Shown here one piece after another: positions 13,135 to 26,463 of a DNA stretch of 64,000 nucleotides. The position numbers and the translations under genes are program-made. This stretch comes from Chrysomallon squamiferum (taxonomy: Eukaryota; Animalia; Mollusca). A model generated the notes under the pieces. That model worked only from the letters and a program-made list of their open reading frames with translations. It searched no databases and was not told the origin of the DNA. The stretch covers positions 744,001-808,000 of the forward strand of contig CM022666.1 in NCBI GenBank assembly GCA_012295275.1. The letters are read 5' to 3'. The first letter of the stretch is position 1. Each line of letters starts with the position of its first letter.

Positions 13135-15977
13135 CTGAAACACAAACACCAAACTGTCAGCATTCTGTCAGACACACAGACAAAACATTTTTAAAAATTC
13201 TCTGTATCCTGTTAACAGCCAAACTTACAGCCAAGAATTATTACTTCTTAGGGTTTGAGCAAAGGACAAAATTTTTAAAGATCTTAAATTTAATACACAC
13301 ATTCCTCAACCACCTAAAATCAACAAAAAATAACATATTATTCAAATCTAGAGAAACAGATTATTGGGATTAAGCTAAAGATGATTTCCTTTACATCCTG
13401 ACATTTACATTCCTTGACCATCTGAAACAAAGAGCAGATTTCTTCCCTAAATCTTCAACATTAAACAAAGTTACTGAGATGGAGTAAGGAAGATTTATTT
13501 ACAATTCAAACACACAGTTTCCCCAACTACCTGAAACAATAAGCTAATTCATTTTAATCTTGAGGATTAATCTACAAATTACTGGCATAGGGAAAGGAAG
13601 GTCTATAGACAGACTCTCATCGTTATGTAATCTTAAAGCATATGTTTGTAACTAGTTCAGGTTGTAAATCATCTCTTCATTACTGAGTTGAATATCAACA
13701 TGCAAGACAAAATTTCATTCTGATTTATGACAGAAGTAGCATTATACTGATGAAAGTTTGATTATATCATATCCCAGAGATTCTGTTGTATCTCTGTATC
13801 ATGATACACACACACAATTCAGTTGGATCAAAGTACATTATGACACACACTCTCTCATTGTCTCAAACACAATCATTACAGTTTGCTCAGTAGTGTCAAG
13901 TTATAATCTTTGTCTATAATTAATGAGCTGAGTTAATTAAGATTTCTACATTTCACTCCTTCAGTGTCAGCCTCAGTCACAAACAGCAGATTTTCTTCAG
14001 TTGTTCAATCAAGACCCACATCAACAAATGTCTGGGTGAGGGTAAGGAAATTATTTGGTTATATATTTTTATATAATTCCTTAAAAAATGTCTGCCTAGA
14101 AAACCTTTCTAAATACAGAAACAAAACTGACTTGAAGTTAAAAGCTACCAGCCAGTGTAAGCTACTTGTCTAGGGTAAGGAAGGATTTAGAAATTCAGAT
14201 AAATCCAGTTAAAATGTCTTTCATGATTGTGTTTTTTTTTTGTTTTTATCTGAGCATAAAAAGAGAATACTTTTATTAAAAACAATTTGTTGTAAGGAGT
14301 AAGAAAGATTTTTGTAAATGTTGGAGATTTAGTCAGTTCCTTTCAGACTGTCTTCTCTGAAACATGAAGAGTCATCTTATTTGCTTCATGTTAAATTAAA
14401 ACAAAATGATAAGTTACTGCAATGAGTTAAAAATAACTCTTATTAATCTAATTTATAAACGTTTTAATATTGGTCCTAATATTGAATTTGAAAAGGATGT
14501 ATGCTTGTAGAAATAAAGAAAAAGAAAACAACAATAAAAAATTAAATTAAAAAAAAAAAAAAAAAAAAAGGCATGCATACACAAAACAAACAAAAAAATA
14601 ATAATAAAAATTTCTAAAAGTTGCAGACCATTAGAAAATCGAAGAAGAAAAACATATTAATATATAATGTCTTATTTAAAACAACATACATCTAACCAAA
14701 AAAATTAAGTAAATAAATTTTTTTATTTTTTTATTTCCAAAACAGGTATTTAAGTACGACTGTAAAAAAGTTTTTAAAAAACCTAGCCCAACAAAAACCT
14801 GACTGTAATTTTTAAAATGTTTACATTTTTATTTATTTTTTTTGCTTCTGTACACCCGACTTTCTTCCACAATGAAATTTGAATCAGATCCTTCAGTACA
14901 CAATACTATTGTGATCTTATCTTTCTAATTCAATTCATAACTCAAATCCATGCAGAACAAATCCTCCCATTTCAATGAAGATTTTTAAATACACCTAAAG
15001 GACAGCATGTTAAAGTCATGAATAAGAAAACAAACAGAAAAGCTGCTGTGGTGTATCCTCACAATGACTCTTCTGTGTCAGTGACCCAGATTCTTGGCTT
15101 GAAAAGCTCACGTGGAGATGTCTACTTGTGTCTACCAATTAATGAGAGAAAAAAAAAAAAAAAAAAAAAAAGAGCTACTTTCATGCTTGAATATTCATAG
15201 TGGCATGCTTGAAGAACTTTTCTGCTTTCTGTGTACTAACTATAGCATCGTGCCCTGTTTAATGAAAAAAGGCATCAAATTTCTTTGCCTTCTTGTTAAT
15301 GACAAACTTGATAAAACTTTTTCGTCTCATTATTGAAATACTTTCTAAATCAGCACTGTCTTGTATATAATACTTTACAGAACTGTTCTTCTTCCTTTTC
15401 AGTTTGTTTCAGAGACTTTGAGCAAATCACAGTGCAGACTGCTATAAAATGCCCCGGATCTTTAAAAGCTGATTGCCAATTTATCAGACATGTCAGTGAC
15501 CTGCCCCTCCCCTCCCTTCCCACCCCCTCCCACCTTGTCAGCTCAGTGATTTCGTGTAAAAAGAAAACGCTGAGATGGTGTTAACAAAGTAATCTCCATT
15601 TTAGTTTCAGTCACAGCAGAGACAACAAACATGTCCCACTAGGAAATAATTTAAGGACAGAAAGACAGCTGTTGTTTATTTTTTACTTCAACTTTTGAAA
15701 GTATGAATGTAAGCATTAATTTATTTACAATTTAGAACTTAACATTAGAATACGTGTTAATAACAATTTTAAAATTAATTTTTCTCATTTTTAATAATGT
15801 TAATCGTTTTGTTTGTTTTTTAAACTCTGTATTTACAAAATGTGTTCTGGCTAAATATTCACATTACTTTCATCTCTTCGTAACTCTTAAGTATCTGACA
15901 TTCAGTTTTATAAACCATTGTTCTGTCATACTCCCAAATCTTCTGATTTTCATCTATATACATACATACAGACACAC

Positions 15978-16011
<34 letters not shown>

Positions 16012-17526
16012 GCACGCACGCATACACACACACACACACACAAACATACATACATACGTACAAACACCCAAACACACATGTAAACACACACATTTTATTT
16101 AATCACTTAACTATTTTCCCAAAACCTCTTCATTATTACAATTAAATATTTTATCTTTTATGATACCACCACACATATATAAATATATATAATACTTATC
16201 ATCTTTAACAAGAAATATTAAAAAAAATAAATATTAAAAATCCCACCTTACTGAACAACAGCACCCCTTTACAAACAGGATGTTCTTTATATATCTATTT
16301 ACCTTGGACGACCTACTTTTGATCTTATAAATAAACCTGTACAGCATACAGAAACGAAGGCAAACATAGAGGAATAGAAAGAAAAGAAAAGAAAAAAAAA
16401 CAACCACCCCGAACAAAGTAACAGTGTTCTTGCTTTGCGGTGAACAATCTTTTCTGGAGCAGTCTAACCTTTTTGTGTCTGGTAGGGGAGGAACAAATCA
16501 TCTTTTTTCACTGGGTAAATGTATGCAAATATGTGCAGAGACACATGCAAGAAAGTGTCCCAGTGCCATGAGGTTAACTTAACACAGTGGTGCGACAAAC
16601 AAAGCTGTATATCTGAATAAACATAATTAAATGGTATGGATTATTACTGGCGACATGTGTATCTGTTTCTACTGGACTGGATAAGCAAACAGGATACACA
16701 CACAAACTGGATACACACACAGGTATAGAGGCTGGTGTGCGTATCCAAGCACAGCTCAACAGAAACCGGAGGTAAAAAGTTATAACAATCATCACAGAAG
16801 GTTTTAAATTCAGATTTTCCGAATGAAGTACGATAAAGTACGAATCTGAATGATTATGGATCATATTACTACTGTAAGTACACTGTAACTTATAACTGAA
16901 CATGATGATAAGTTAATACTGTTTGTGTTACAGGAGTTTGTTATAAAATGATATATACGATTATCATTAATGTTACACTGTAAAGCATAGGATTAGCTAA
17001 TAACAAATTAATATCAAACAGGCATTTGTTACAACCTCATAAAATGATATACGACTATAATTTACATCATTATACACTGATAACTGAATATTGTTTTTGC
17101 ATTACAAAAGTTCATTAATCATTTAATTAATTAAAAAAAGTAAACATTTATCTTTCCCACAGCATTATAAAACAATGGTTATCATTCATAGAAAATACTA
17201 CAACAATAAACAAGTGTTCTCAAAATGCTTTATAAAGCTGCTGTTATCCACATGATATAAAAAAAACGACTATTGTTTACAATGTACCATTATAAAATGA
17301 TAAATGATCATCATTCATTATAAAAATAAGTTCTATGTATTCAGTCAATTCTCTTCAATACTCCTTTATTGGGAATTATTTTTAAAAATTTACAAGGAAA
17401 ATGAGTACAAGTTAGATTGAGATATTTGGTACAATTTCTTGAAAGGACTAGAGAAATAGAAATTGATTTGACAGAATTATATATACACATTCACTCATGT
17501 ATCTCTCGCACACACGCAAGCACGCG

Positions 17527-17570
<44 letters not shown>

Positions 17571-17915
17571 AAACATACACCAAGGAATAAGCAACTAAAT
17601 ACATTTTCTGTACATTTTATTTTATTTCAAAACAATCATTCTCATAAATTTTTTACTAAATGTCTTGGAAGTGAAAAATAAATAAATAAATTTAATATTA
17701 ATCAATGTTAAGAATATACTTTTCATTATCATTGTTGTTATCTGTACTTTTTATTTTTTTTAATTATTATTTATTATTATTATTATTATCATCATCATCA
17801 TTTTTTATATTTTATTTATTTATTTGTTATTTATTGTTATTATTGTTTTGTAATTTATAATGATATGATACAAGAAGATAATACTATTACCATAATTTAT
17901 TATTATTATTATGTA

Positions 17916-18021
17916 GTTAGATTATCCTCATCATCGTATCTAGATTCTGAGTATAACTGAATCAGCAGATGGTTAGATTATCCTCATCATCATATCTAGA
18001 TTCTGAGTATAACTGAATCAG
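17916..18021. repeat. 56-bp tandem duplication
   Basis: gttagattatcctcatcatc(g/a)tatctagattctgagtataactgaatcag at 17916 and 17972. Confidence 0.9.
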
Positions 18022-18198
18022 ACGATGTATCAGAAGATGCCTACACATTTGGATACAACAAACTTTCTGCAGCAAAAGTATCCTCCCTGTGGATAAAATC
18101 TCTTAATTAGGACTCAGGATCTGTGTCTGGGATAAATAATAAATAACAATGGGAATATTCAGAAATTAAATTATACAAGCCTAATTAGAGAAATCATG

Positions 18199-18202
<4 letters not shown>

Positions 18203-18287
<85 letters not shown>

Positions 18288-18417
18288 TACATGAGCATGC
18301 ATGCACCTGAATGCACACACACACAAAATACAACTACTACTACGACTTCTAACTACATGTGTACCACTACCACTACTATTACTACTGTTATAATAATAAT
18401 AATAATAATAGTTAACA

Positions 18418-18459
<42 letters not shown>

Positions 18460-18490
18460 TAGAAAAATAATAACAATAATAATTGTAGTA

Positions 18491-18542
<52 letters not shown>

Positions 18543-18600
18543 TAGAAAAATAATAACAGTAATAATTGTAGTAGTAATAATAATAATAATAATAAAAATG
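18203..18600. repeat. (AC)n microsatellite followed by a duplicated (TAA)n-rich block
   Basis: (AC)n at 18203-18285; two copies of (taa)n-aaatagaaaaataataaca..aattgtagtagtaataa. Confidence 0.9.
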
Positions 18601-19138
18601 ACAATAATCATTGATAATAGAAATAATAATGGTAACAATTTCATTATTTACACATACAGTAGAAACTGTAAATCATGGGGGCCTTCTAAACATCTCAAAG
18701 CGCAGCTCACAACCTAAACAAACGTGTGCCTGTTTGTATCAAGATGATTGATGACCACCAATGACAGCACACAACCACACCTGAAACCTTTGAACTGAAA
18801 TACAGACACTGGAAATTCACTTTCGGACTTGACCACAGACTCTGGGCTTGGGATTTCATTAAACGAGACAAATTTTTCGCAAACCACCATTGTAGAGAAG
18901 AATAACTGGAAAGACATTAATCAAAGGCACATTTCTACATGGAATGATTTACTTAAAGGAACAAGCTCTGACACACCAGAGACTGTAATCAATCAGTGGT
19001 TACTGCAAATAAATCCAGTGTCCAATAACTCAGCTCTTTGATTTAATACCCTGAAGGAGAAAAACATCTTTCTTCAAATAAAGAAACTGTAACCAAACCA
19101 AACAGGTTGTAGCAGAAAATCTTTTAACAGAATATATT

Positions 19139-19175
<37 letters not shown>

Positions 19176-19209
19176 AAAAGAAGGAGGGAAAAAAAAGGTA
19201 TGAAAAGGT

Positions 19210-19620
19210 GTTAACATGATCAATAATGTTAATATGATGATCATGAACAACTGAATTCAACATGTAGATATTGATACATCACTGTTGAAATTAAGATGCT
19301 GATGTTAATTTAGTAATGCTGAAGCTTCAGTTGAGATAATCCTGATATATGAAAATCATTTCATGTCATGTTAACAGAACAGTCCTGAAATATCAATGTT
19401 AACATGTTTATTGAAACATGATAATTCTGAAACATGTGCATTAACACGGCAAGGCTGAAACATCAGTGTTAACATATTAATCCTGAACCATAAGCATTAA
19501 CAAAATCCTGAAACATCAATGTTAACAAAGTAATCCTTAAACATCAATGTTAAAATAATAATCCTGAAAGATCAGTGTTAGCGTTGTAATTATTAAATAA
19601 TACTATTAACATAATATTCC
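19210..19620. repeat. Degenerate ~30-bp tandem repeat
   Basis: Recurring atcctgaaacatca(a/g)tgttaaca. Confidence 0.7.
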
Positions 19621-19936
19621 AGAAATTTATTTATTTATTTATTATTATTTTTTTAAATCTGAGGACAGAACCATTCATTAAATGCAGTGCAGATGAACCC
19701 GATAACCTGCCGAAACTGTGAAAATGATCAAAGTTTTCAAGTACAATTATGTAAATATAATGAAACTTGTATGCATAATAGTTTTAAATGTTTTCTTTCA
19801 AAATATATTTTAAAAAATAACAATAATGAAATTTTTTAAAATCTATACTATTTTTAAAAAAAAAAACCTACAAGACTTTTTGCTGTTTTTACATTTCAGT
19901 GCTGAAGGTTTTTGGTGAGGACAGACGGATACCTGG

Positions 19937-20058
19937 ATGGACATGAAGACTAAGAACTCACAAATTCGATTCCTTTTCTGTCTTCTGATCATGTCCAGCA
20001 GTGTACTTGGACTCATAATCTACACGTCCCTCAACGCCAGCATTTCTCAAAACACCAG
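19937..20058 (+). CDS. GT47 paralog 1, coding exon 1: cytoplasmic tail and signal anchor (MDMKTKNSQIRFLFCLLIMSSSVLGLIIYTSLNASISQNTR)
   Basis: Acceptor catttcag at 19899 and an in-frame upstream TGA. ATG at 19937 (or 19943). Basic residues then a hydrophobic stretch; phase-2 donor AG|gtaaaa fits the next exon. Confidence 0.85.
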
Positions 20059-20371
20059 GTAAAACAAACAACAAGTGAAGCAAACAAACAAGTGAAGGAA
20101 TGATGAAAAAAATTAATGTACAAATGTATAAAAAAAAAATAAAGGAATGAAAGAACCACCAAACAAAGTTGACAAATGAATGAATGAATGAATGAATGAA
20201 CAAATAAATGTATAAACCAATAAAATGAATAACTGAATAACTGAATGAATGAATGAATAACTGAACCAACATATAAATGAATTATATTTTCATTAATGTC
20301 TCAAACAATCTATTCAGTAAATTCATTCTATTTTCCTCTCATTTTTTTTTTTCTCTCTTTTTTTTCTCCAG

Positions 20372-21770
20372 AAATGAAGCATCTAACGAACAAATTTACA
20401 TGTTTGACAACAAAAGACCTGAAGACACCGAAGAGGTTTCGTGGACAGAAAAAAAGATCAATTCTGAATCAGCTGCTTCGACTTTCAAATCTAGGAATGA
20501 ACACTCAGCATCAAATTTTTCACACAACAAATCAAACAGTCATGAAACAATTACTTCAGATTCAGACAGGAAGTCCAACAAGCTTTTAAAGATTTACATT
20601 TACAACCTGAGCAGCGAGTTCAATGAAGACATTTCTCAGTGCATCACATCTGCTCGTCTTTCTCCAGGATTTTCTCGCTGTTTTGATTATTCTAATTATG
20701 GCATGGGACAACTGCTGTACCAAGAGGGAGGAGTTTCTGTGCTAAACACAAACCAGTTTTCACTGGATGTTATTTTACACCATCAGCTTCTTCACAGCAA
20801 GTACAGGACTGACGATCCAACGAAGGCAGACATTTTTTACATCCCAGCTTACATGGGCTCGCTGTTTTTCTGTCAGAACGGGAAATTCGCGCTCAGCGAA
20901 CTGACCGACATGTTGTTTCGGTACTTAAACTCCATGCCGTATTTTGCACAAGGGAAGCCTCACGTGACGTCACTTTCAAAAATTGAACGAGAAGAGGTGC
21001 CTGTGGTGCTCGCCCACAATTCCTGGATAAACATCACCTACATTGCCATTGAAAAGGATTCCGACTTTTTTCGCACGATGCTAGGCATAGCTAGACTCAG
21101 TGTAATTGTAGCACCGTATCCATCGTACGTCCACCTCAACTACACGACAGACAGCAGCGTGCATGTCGACCTCTTGTCAGCTGGCAAACGACGAACGTTT
21201 TTGTTCCTGGCGTCGAGTTTACGGAAAAGTTGTGAACTCCGTGCCAAAGTCATAGAACAGTTTTCTGTGCAGACACAAGAGGGCTTTGAAAATTTCTACA
21301 AGTCTGAAAATAATTCTAACGTCGACCAGGTGCTGCTGGTAACTGTGGAATGCATGGGGGACCATCACAACAAAACAATACACTGGATGCAGAATTCCGT
21401 GTTCTGTTTACAGCCGCATGGAGATTCTCCGACGAGAAAGTCATTCTATGACTCAATTTTGAGTGGATGCATCCCCGTGGTTTTCCAATTTCCAGAAGAA
21501 AAAGTCGAATTTCCATTTCAGAGGATTTTAAATTATACAGAGTTTACAGTGCATATACCTGTGGATGTGAAGGGAAACACTGAAAACAATTCATCTGTTT
21601 ATGATTACCTGCGTAGTATTTCATTAAAAACTATAAACACGTTACAGACTAATTTAAAAAGAGTACTACACCTCTTCCAGTACCCCCTCATCACCAAAGT
21701 ACGTCAAGGAAATCAGAAAGACGCTGTAGATATGATTGTAGAAGAAATACAAGCAAAATACAAACTTTAG
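20372..21770 (+). CDS. GT47 (exostosin family) glycosyltransferase paralog 1, stem and catalytic exon; MUR3/KATAMARI1-like; ~506 aa spliced
   Basis: Acceptor polypyrimidine-ccag|A. Motifs KIYIYNLSSEFNED, DYSNYGMG, TNQFSLDVILH, ADIFYIPAYMG, APYPSYVH, FCLQPHGDSPTRKSFYDSILSGCIPVVF, DAVDMIV. Confidence 0.93.
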
Positions 21771-22350
21771 AGTTATCTTCTCTTGTATGGCTGTGATTTT
21801 TTAAAACAATTTTAAGAAAACAACCATCATCATAATGATAAAACCAAAAACTGTTGGGATCAAGCAAAAAGTTTCAGTTGAAAGTTTTGTTCGATTCACT
21901 TTTTTTTTTCATGTTACATTACAAAACTGCAGTTTAGGAAAATCCCAATTTAGCAAGGGTCCAGTTTGGAGAAAGTTCACTGTATTAAACAGTTAATTTT
22001 AACAGACTTAAAATGCTGCAATTTGACAGATTATTATATAAACACATTCCAGAAACCAAAACATAGGTGTGTGTGTACACACAATCAGTACATTAAAAAC
22101 TGATTTTCTAGAGAGCATCTAGCAAGAACACTCAATATTCTTAACCAATACAATTTTTTTTTATTTTATCCTTTTTCATTTTTATATTAAACATAACACA
22201 CACACTGCTTTCATCTGGAGTTTCGTCAAGAATTTCTTCAAAGCAGAAATAATATAACCAACTGGCTAGAAATAATGATTACAATTATAAGAAAAATTAA
22301 ATTAATTTATAAATTTTACCCTAAAAAATTCAAAGAATGCTGGCCATTAT

Positions 22351-22382
<32 letters not shown>

Positions 22383-24283
22383 GGGGTAGATCAGACACTG
22401 ACTGAAGCAGTGCTGTATTTTGTATGTTGTGATTTACATTTGTTGGTAACAAAGAGGAGCAGTCATATTAATTGTATGTGCCAAATTTTCTACTTTAACT
22501 ACAACAATAAACATCATAAACTTCAGTGTTTTTTTTAAATAGATTAATTATTTTACTGTTTCTCTTTTATATACAACATATTGTTAGATGAATAGCTAGG
22601 AGCTGTGAACCTCAAGCTTTGTTTTCACTGATGTTCTTCATCGTTATTTTGTTAATAAAATAAACAATCCACTGATAGTTGACTACTGTCATGGAGAAAT
22701 TAACTGTTTTGCTGTTTTGGTTTTTGATTTATTAATATTTTTTAAATGTTAAATATTCTCTTTAAAAACTTTAGCCAAGTAATTTCAGTTCGCTTAGAAT
22801 TAATTTAAAACAAGGTTACACTGTTGTCTGTGGTTTTCAACTTCAGAATAAATTTTTCAAATGTTCAGTTTCATTCCAGAAACAGTATAGGCACATAGAT
22901 GTGAAAGAAAACACTATAAACAATGTAACTTATTATTATTATTTAAAATTCCATTAATATCTGTGAACCTGTTACTTATCTACAGCACATCTATAACCAT
23001 ATTGCTAATTTTTTTTAAAATTCATATTTTGTTTCTGGTTTTGGATCTGTTTTAATTCCATTTCCTGTCGTTTTAAAATTATATTAATATTGTTACATGA
23101 AATATTATTATTATTATTATTATTATTAAACTGTATTTTATTTATTATTTGGATTTTTGTTTATTGTTTTTGATTTTTGTTCACTGTTTTTGATTTTAAT
23201 ATTTTAATTATTATTCGTTTTTAAATTTAAAATTAAATTTATAAAGTTGTATTTTAAAATTATCGGTTGGTAGACTGTAATGCAAGCTACTCTTAATAAA
23301 TATTATGTTACGATTATGTAGCAATTATGAGTGTTAAGGTTAGAAAAATTAGGAAAACGATCAGTCGGTCATATCAGTTATCATGTATATTATACGTGGT
23401 TCCTATACAACAAAACGTCGAGAGAAATCAAAGAATTTCTAAAGACCAAATCTTAATGGTTTCATCGAACTTTGTTAGTCACTGATTGATGGAATACCTA
23501 TATACTGTAACTATTATGATGTGTGTCAGTAAGAACACCCACACCATATAATATTACATTCAAGTTTCAACACTCGAGCTGTAACAAAACATTGAACTTT
23601 TAAAATCGATTCAACCATGCGAGTCGTAATCTTGTTACCTCCCCTCCTTTATGACGAACCAAACGATAATGGTAATTAACTATAAATAACATTTGCTTAT
23701 TTTTAATGCATGATCATTTAAGTAAGAACTACGTTTTGTGTTAATTAATTTTAGCGGCAAGAATTTATTAGGACGTAAAGCATTGAAGCTAAATGTATTT
23801 TTTATTTATTTATTTATTATTTTTTCACTTTCTTCCTTTCATTATTTTTTATTTTTATTTTTTGTTTTCTAGGGGTAATTATGTGCATCTTTACTCAGTT
23901 ACTGAAATCAAGAGTAGACGATTACTTAATTATTTATCATAAGTTTGTCTCCGCTGTATAAAGATAAAAATTTGATGAATATTATAGTTTTTCCTATGTT
24001 TTTATATCGTGATAAAAATAATTATTAGTTTTAATAGCTTCTAAAATTATTTCTTATTTTCTGTTTTCAAAAAGTTAATTCATAACCATGATAATGCGCA
24101 AATTAAATTATGATACTAATAATTAATTATAATGAATAATCACACACACAAAAACACCACGTAAAATTATGTTTGTACGTGCTATAATTTAACAAATGCA
24201 CACACAATACATGTTCAAATGCCAACTCTATTTGTTTTTTTCTTTTATACTTTTTTTTTTCTTCTTTTTTTAAATCAGGTTTG

Positions 24284-24402
24284 ATGACGACAATGAAACG
24301 AATTTTGTTAAAATTTATTTTTTACTCGGTGATTTTGGTGAGCAGCTTATCTGGCATTATTACATATTTGGCCATGAAATCAAGCCAAATTGAATCAGAA
24401 AG
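24284..24402 (+). CDS. GT47 paralog 2, coding exon 1: signal anchor (MTTMKRILLKFIFYSVILVSSLSGIITYLAMKSSQIESER)
   Basis: Acceptor taaatcag at 24278, ATG at 24284, hydrophobic segment, phase-2 donor AG|gtaaaa; homologous in layout to paralogs 1 and 3. Confidence 0.87.
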
Positions 24403-24577
24403 GTAAAAATTATTATTATTTTTTTATTATTATTTTTTTTAAATTGACCTTTATTTAATACTCATTTGTCAGTCAGTAATTAAACTTAATTATGAATTAT
24501 AATAAAACAGATTTTTTTTTAAGAGTTTGATTATATATAAATTACATTCTAATGCATGGTTGTTTCTTTTCTTTCAG

Positions 24578-26171
24578 AGCTGTTGACCATTCTTTAAGTG
24601 ATCTGCCACCCAGAGCTAACCCTGGTGAAAAAAATAAAACACAAGCAGGACAATTTTCTATGAGATCAGTTTTGTCCATTCTTCCTCATCCCATGAATAA
24701 TACAACTGAAGTAAAAATGAAAAATAGCACAGTAACATATGCCAAAGAAAACGCTGGAAAATCAACATCTGATGAAACAGCAACTATCTCTACTTCTCAA
24801 ATTCCTCAGTCCTTAGAAATCAAAATTACTTCAAAGCCATTTCCTGAAAACTCTAGTAAACAATTTATCACTACACTGAAAAACAACAACTCTGAACCAA
24901 CCAGCAGTTCTAGTAAGAGGCAAGACAATAATCGCACCTTGCCTACGAAAGCACTGGAGATTTTGCTTTCACCTGTAAACAAAACTTCAAAAAAAGATAT
25001 AAAAATTTACATTTACAATATGAGCAAAGAAGTCAGTTTTACGTCATACTGTTCCGATTACCCGTTTTCATATCTCAGTCATCGATCTTGCATTGACTAC
25101 TCTAACTATGGGATGGGACCATTTCTGTACAGAGACGACGGAATGTTTGTGCATGACACCAGCCAGTTTGCACTCGACGTTATTTTACATCAGCAGTTTC
25201 TGCACAGCAAATACCGAACACTGAATGCTTCAGAGGCAGACATCTTTTACATCCCTGCCTACCTGGGGTTGTATAAAAGGTGTAAAAACTTGCAAATAAG
25301 CACTCTGATAAAAGCAATGTATAACGATCTAAATGAAATGCCCTATTTTAACCTGAGCAAACCTCATGTAATATCACTGGCAAAAATTGAAAAGGAACAA
25401 GTTCCAGTTATATCACTCCTTCCTGATGGGGATTCTTTCACATATATTGTAATAGAGAAGGCAAGTGCAGTGTTTCGAAAAGCTGGAAAAATAAAATCAA
25501 GATCAGTAATCATAGCACCATATCCATCGTATGTACACTTTGATTACTCAGCAAATGATTCAGCTTATTTCAATATTTTGCATCCACTTCAGAGGCGTGT
25601 ATTTATGTTTTATGCTGCTAGTACTCGTATAAGTAATGTAGTTCGTACAAAATTAATGGAAGAAATTACAGTGAAGACTGAAGACGATTTTAATAATTAC
25701 TTCAATTTGGTGAATGATGCAAGTGACAAAATAATGCTGTTGACCCCAGAATGTGGAGGTAACCATTTCAGAACCACAATTGAATGGATGCAAAATTCAG
25801 TTTTTTGCTTGCAGCCACATGGTGACAGCCCAACACGAAAATCTTTCTATGACTCCATTCTCACTGGCTGTATACCTGTTGTTTTTAAATTTCCAGGCGA
25901 AAAGGTCGAATTTCCATTTGAAAGAGTATTAAACTACAGCACTTTCAGGGTACAAATTCCGGTAGATAACAAAGGACTATTGACAAATAATCAGACTATT
26001 TATGATTACTTGCGTGGAATTCCTTTACCTGTAATAGAGAAACTTCATGTAAATTTGAAAAGTGTAATGCATCTCTTGCAGTACCCTCTCATCACCAAAC
26101 AACGTGATGGAAAATGGAATAGTGCTCTAGATATGATTGTTGACGAAATAAGAGCAAAATACAACATCTAG
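24578..26171 (+). CDS. GT47 glycosyltransferase paralog 2, long S/T-rich stem and catalytic exon; ~570 aa spliced
   Basis: Acceptor tttctttcag|A. Motifs KIYIYNM, DYSNYGMG, TSQFALDVILH, APYPSYVH, FCLQPHGDSPTRKSFYDSILTGCIPVVF. AATAAA follows the stop directly (26172-26177). Confidence 0.93.
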
Positions 26172-26431
26172 AATAAAGTCACCCTTGTAATGAAGGAATT
26201 AAATACACCAAATCCATTTTATAAACTTAAGTAGCTTAAAAAAAATTAACATTTTACAAAGAAATGGACCTGGCCATTTATTATGATTGTTCCAAAATTC
26301 CTCAAATTGATGGAAATCTGAAAGTTGAATGACTTGTACATATATCCTGTTACAATTAATAATTTAAAAACAAATTATTTAAGAAATTGGGATTTCAAAT
26401 TATGTAGTGTCTAAAATTTCTACTGTCTTAA

Positions 26432-26463
<32 letters not shown>

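Noticed and set aside
18660-19060. Complex GC-richer block with short ORFs on both strands and a minus-strand acceptor at ~19051
   Set aside because: The frames I read are interrupted by stops and I recognise no domain; it may be a transposon relic or cryptic exon but I cannot support either.
20277-20371. ORF-track N-terminus of paralog 1 (MNYIFINVSNN..), and likewise the listed starts at 24552 and 33724
   Set aside because: These are intron read-through or an internal TTG; the real N-termini come from upstream signal-anchor exons.
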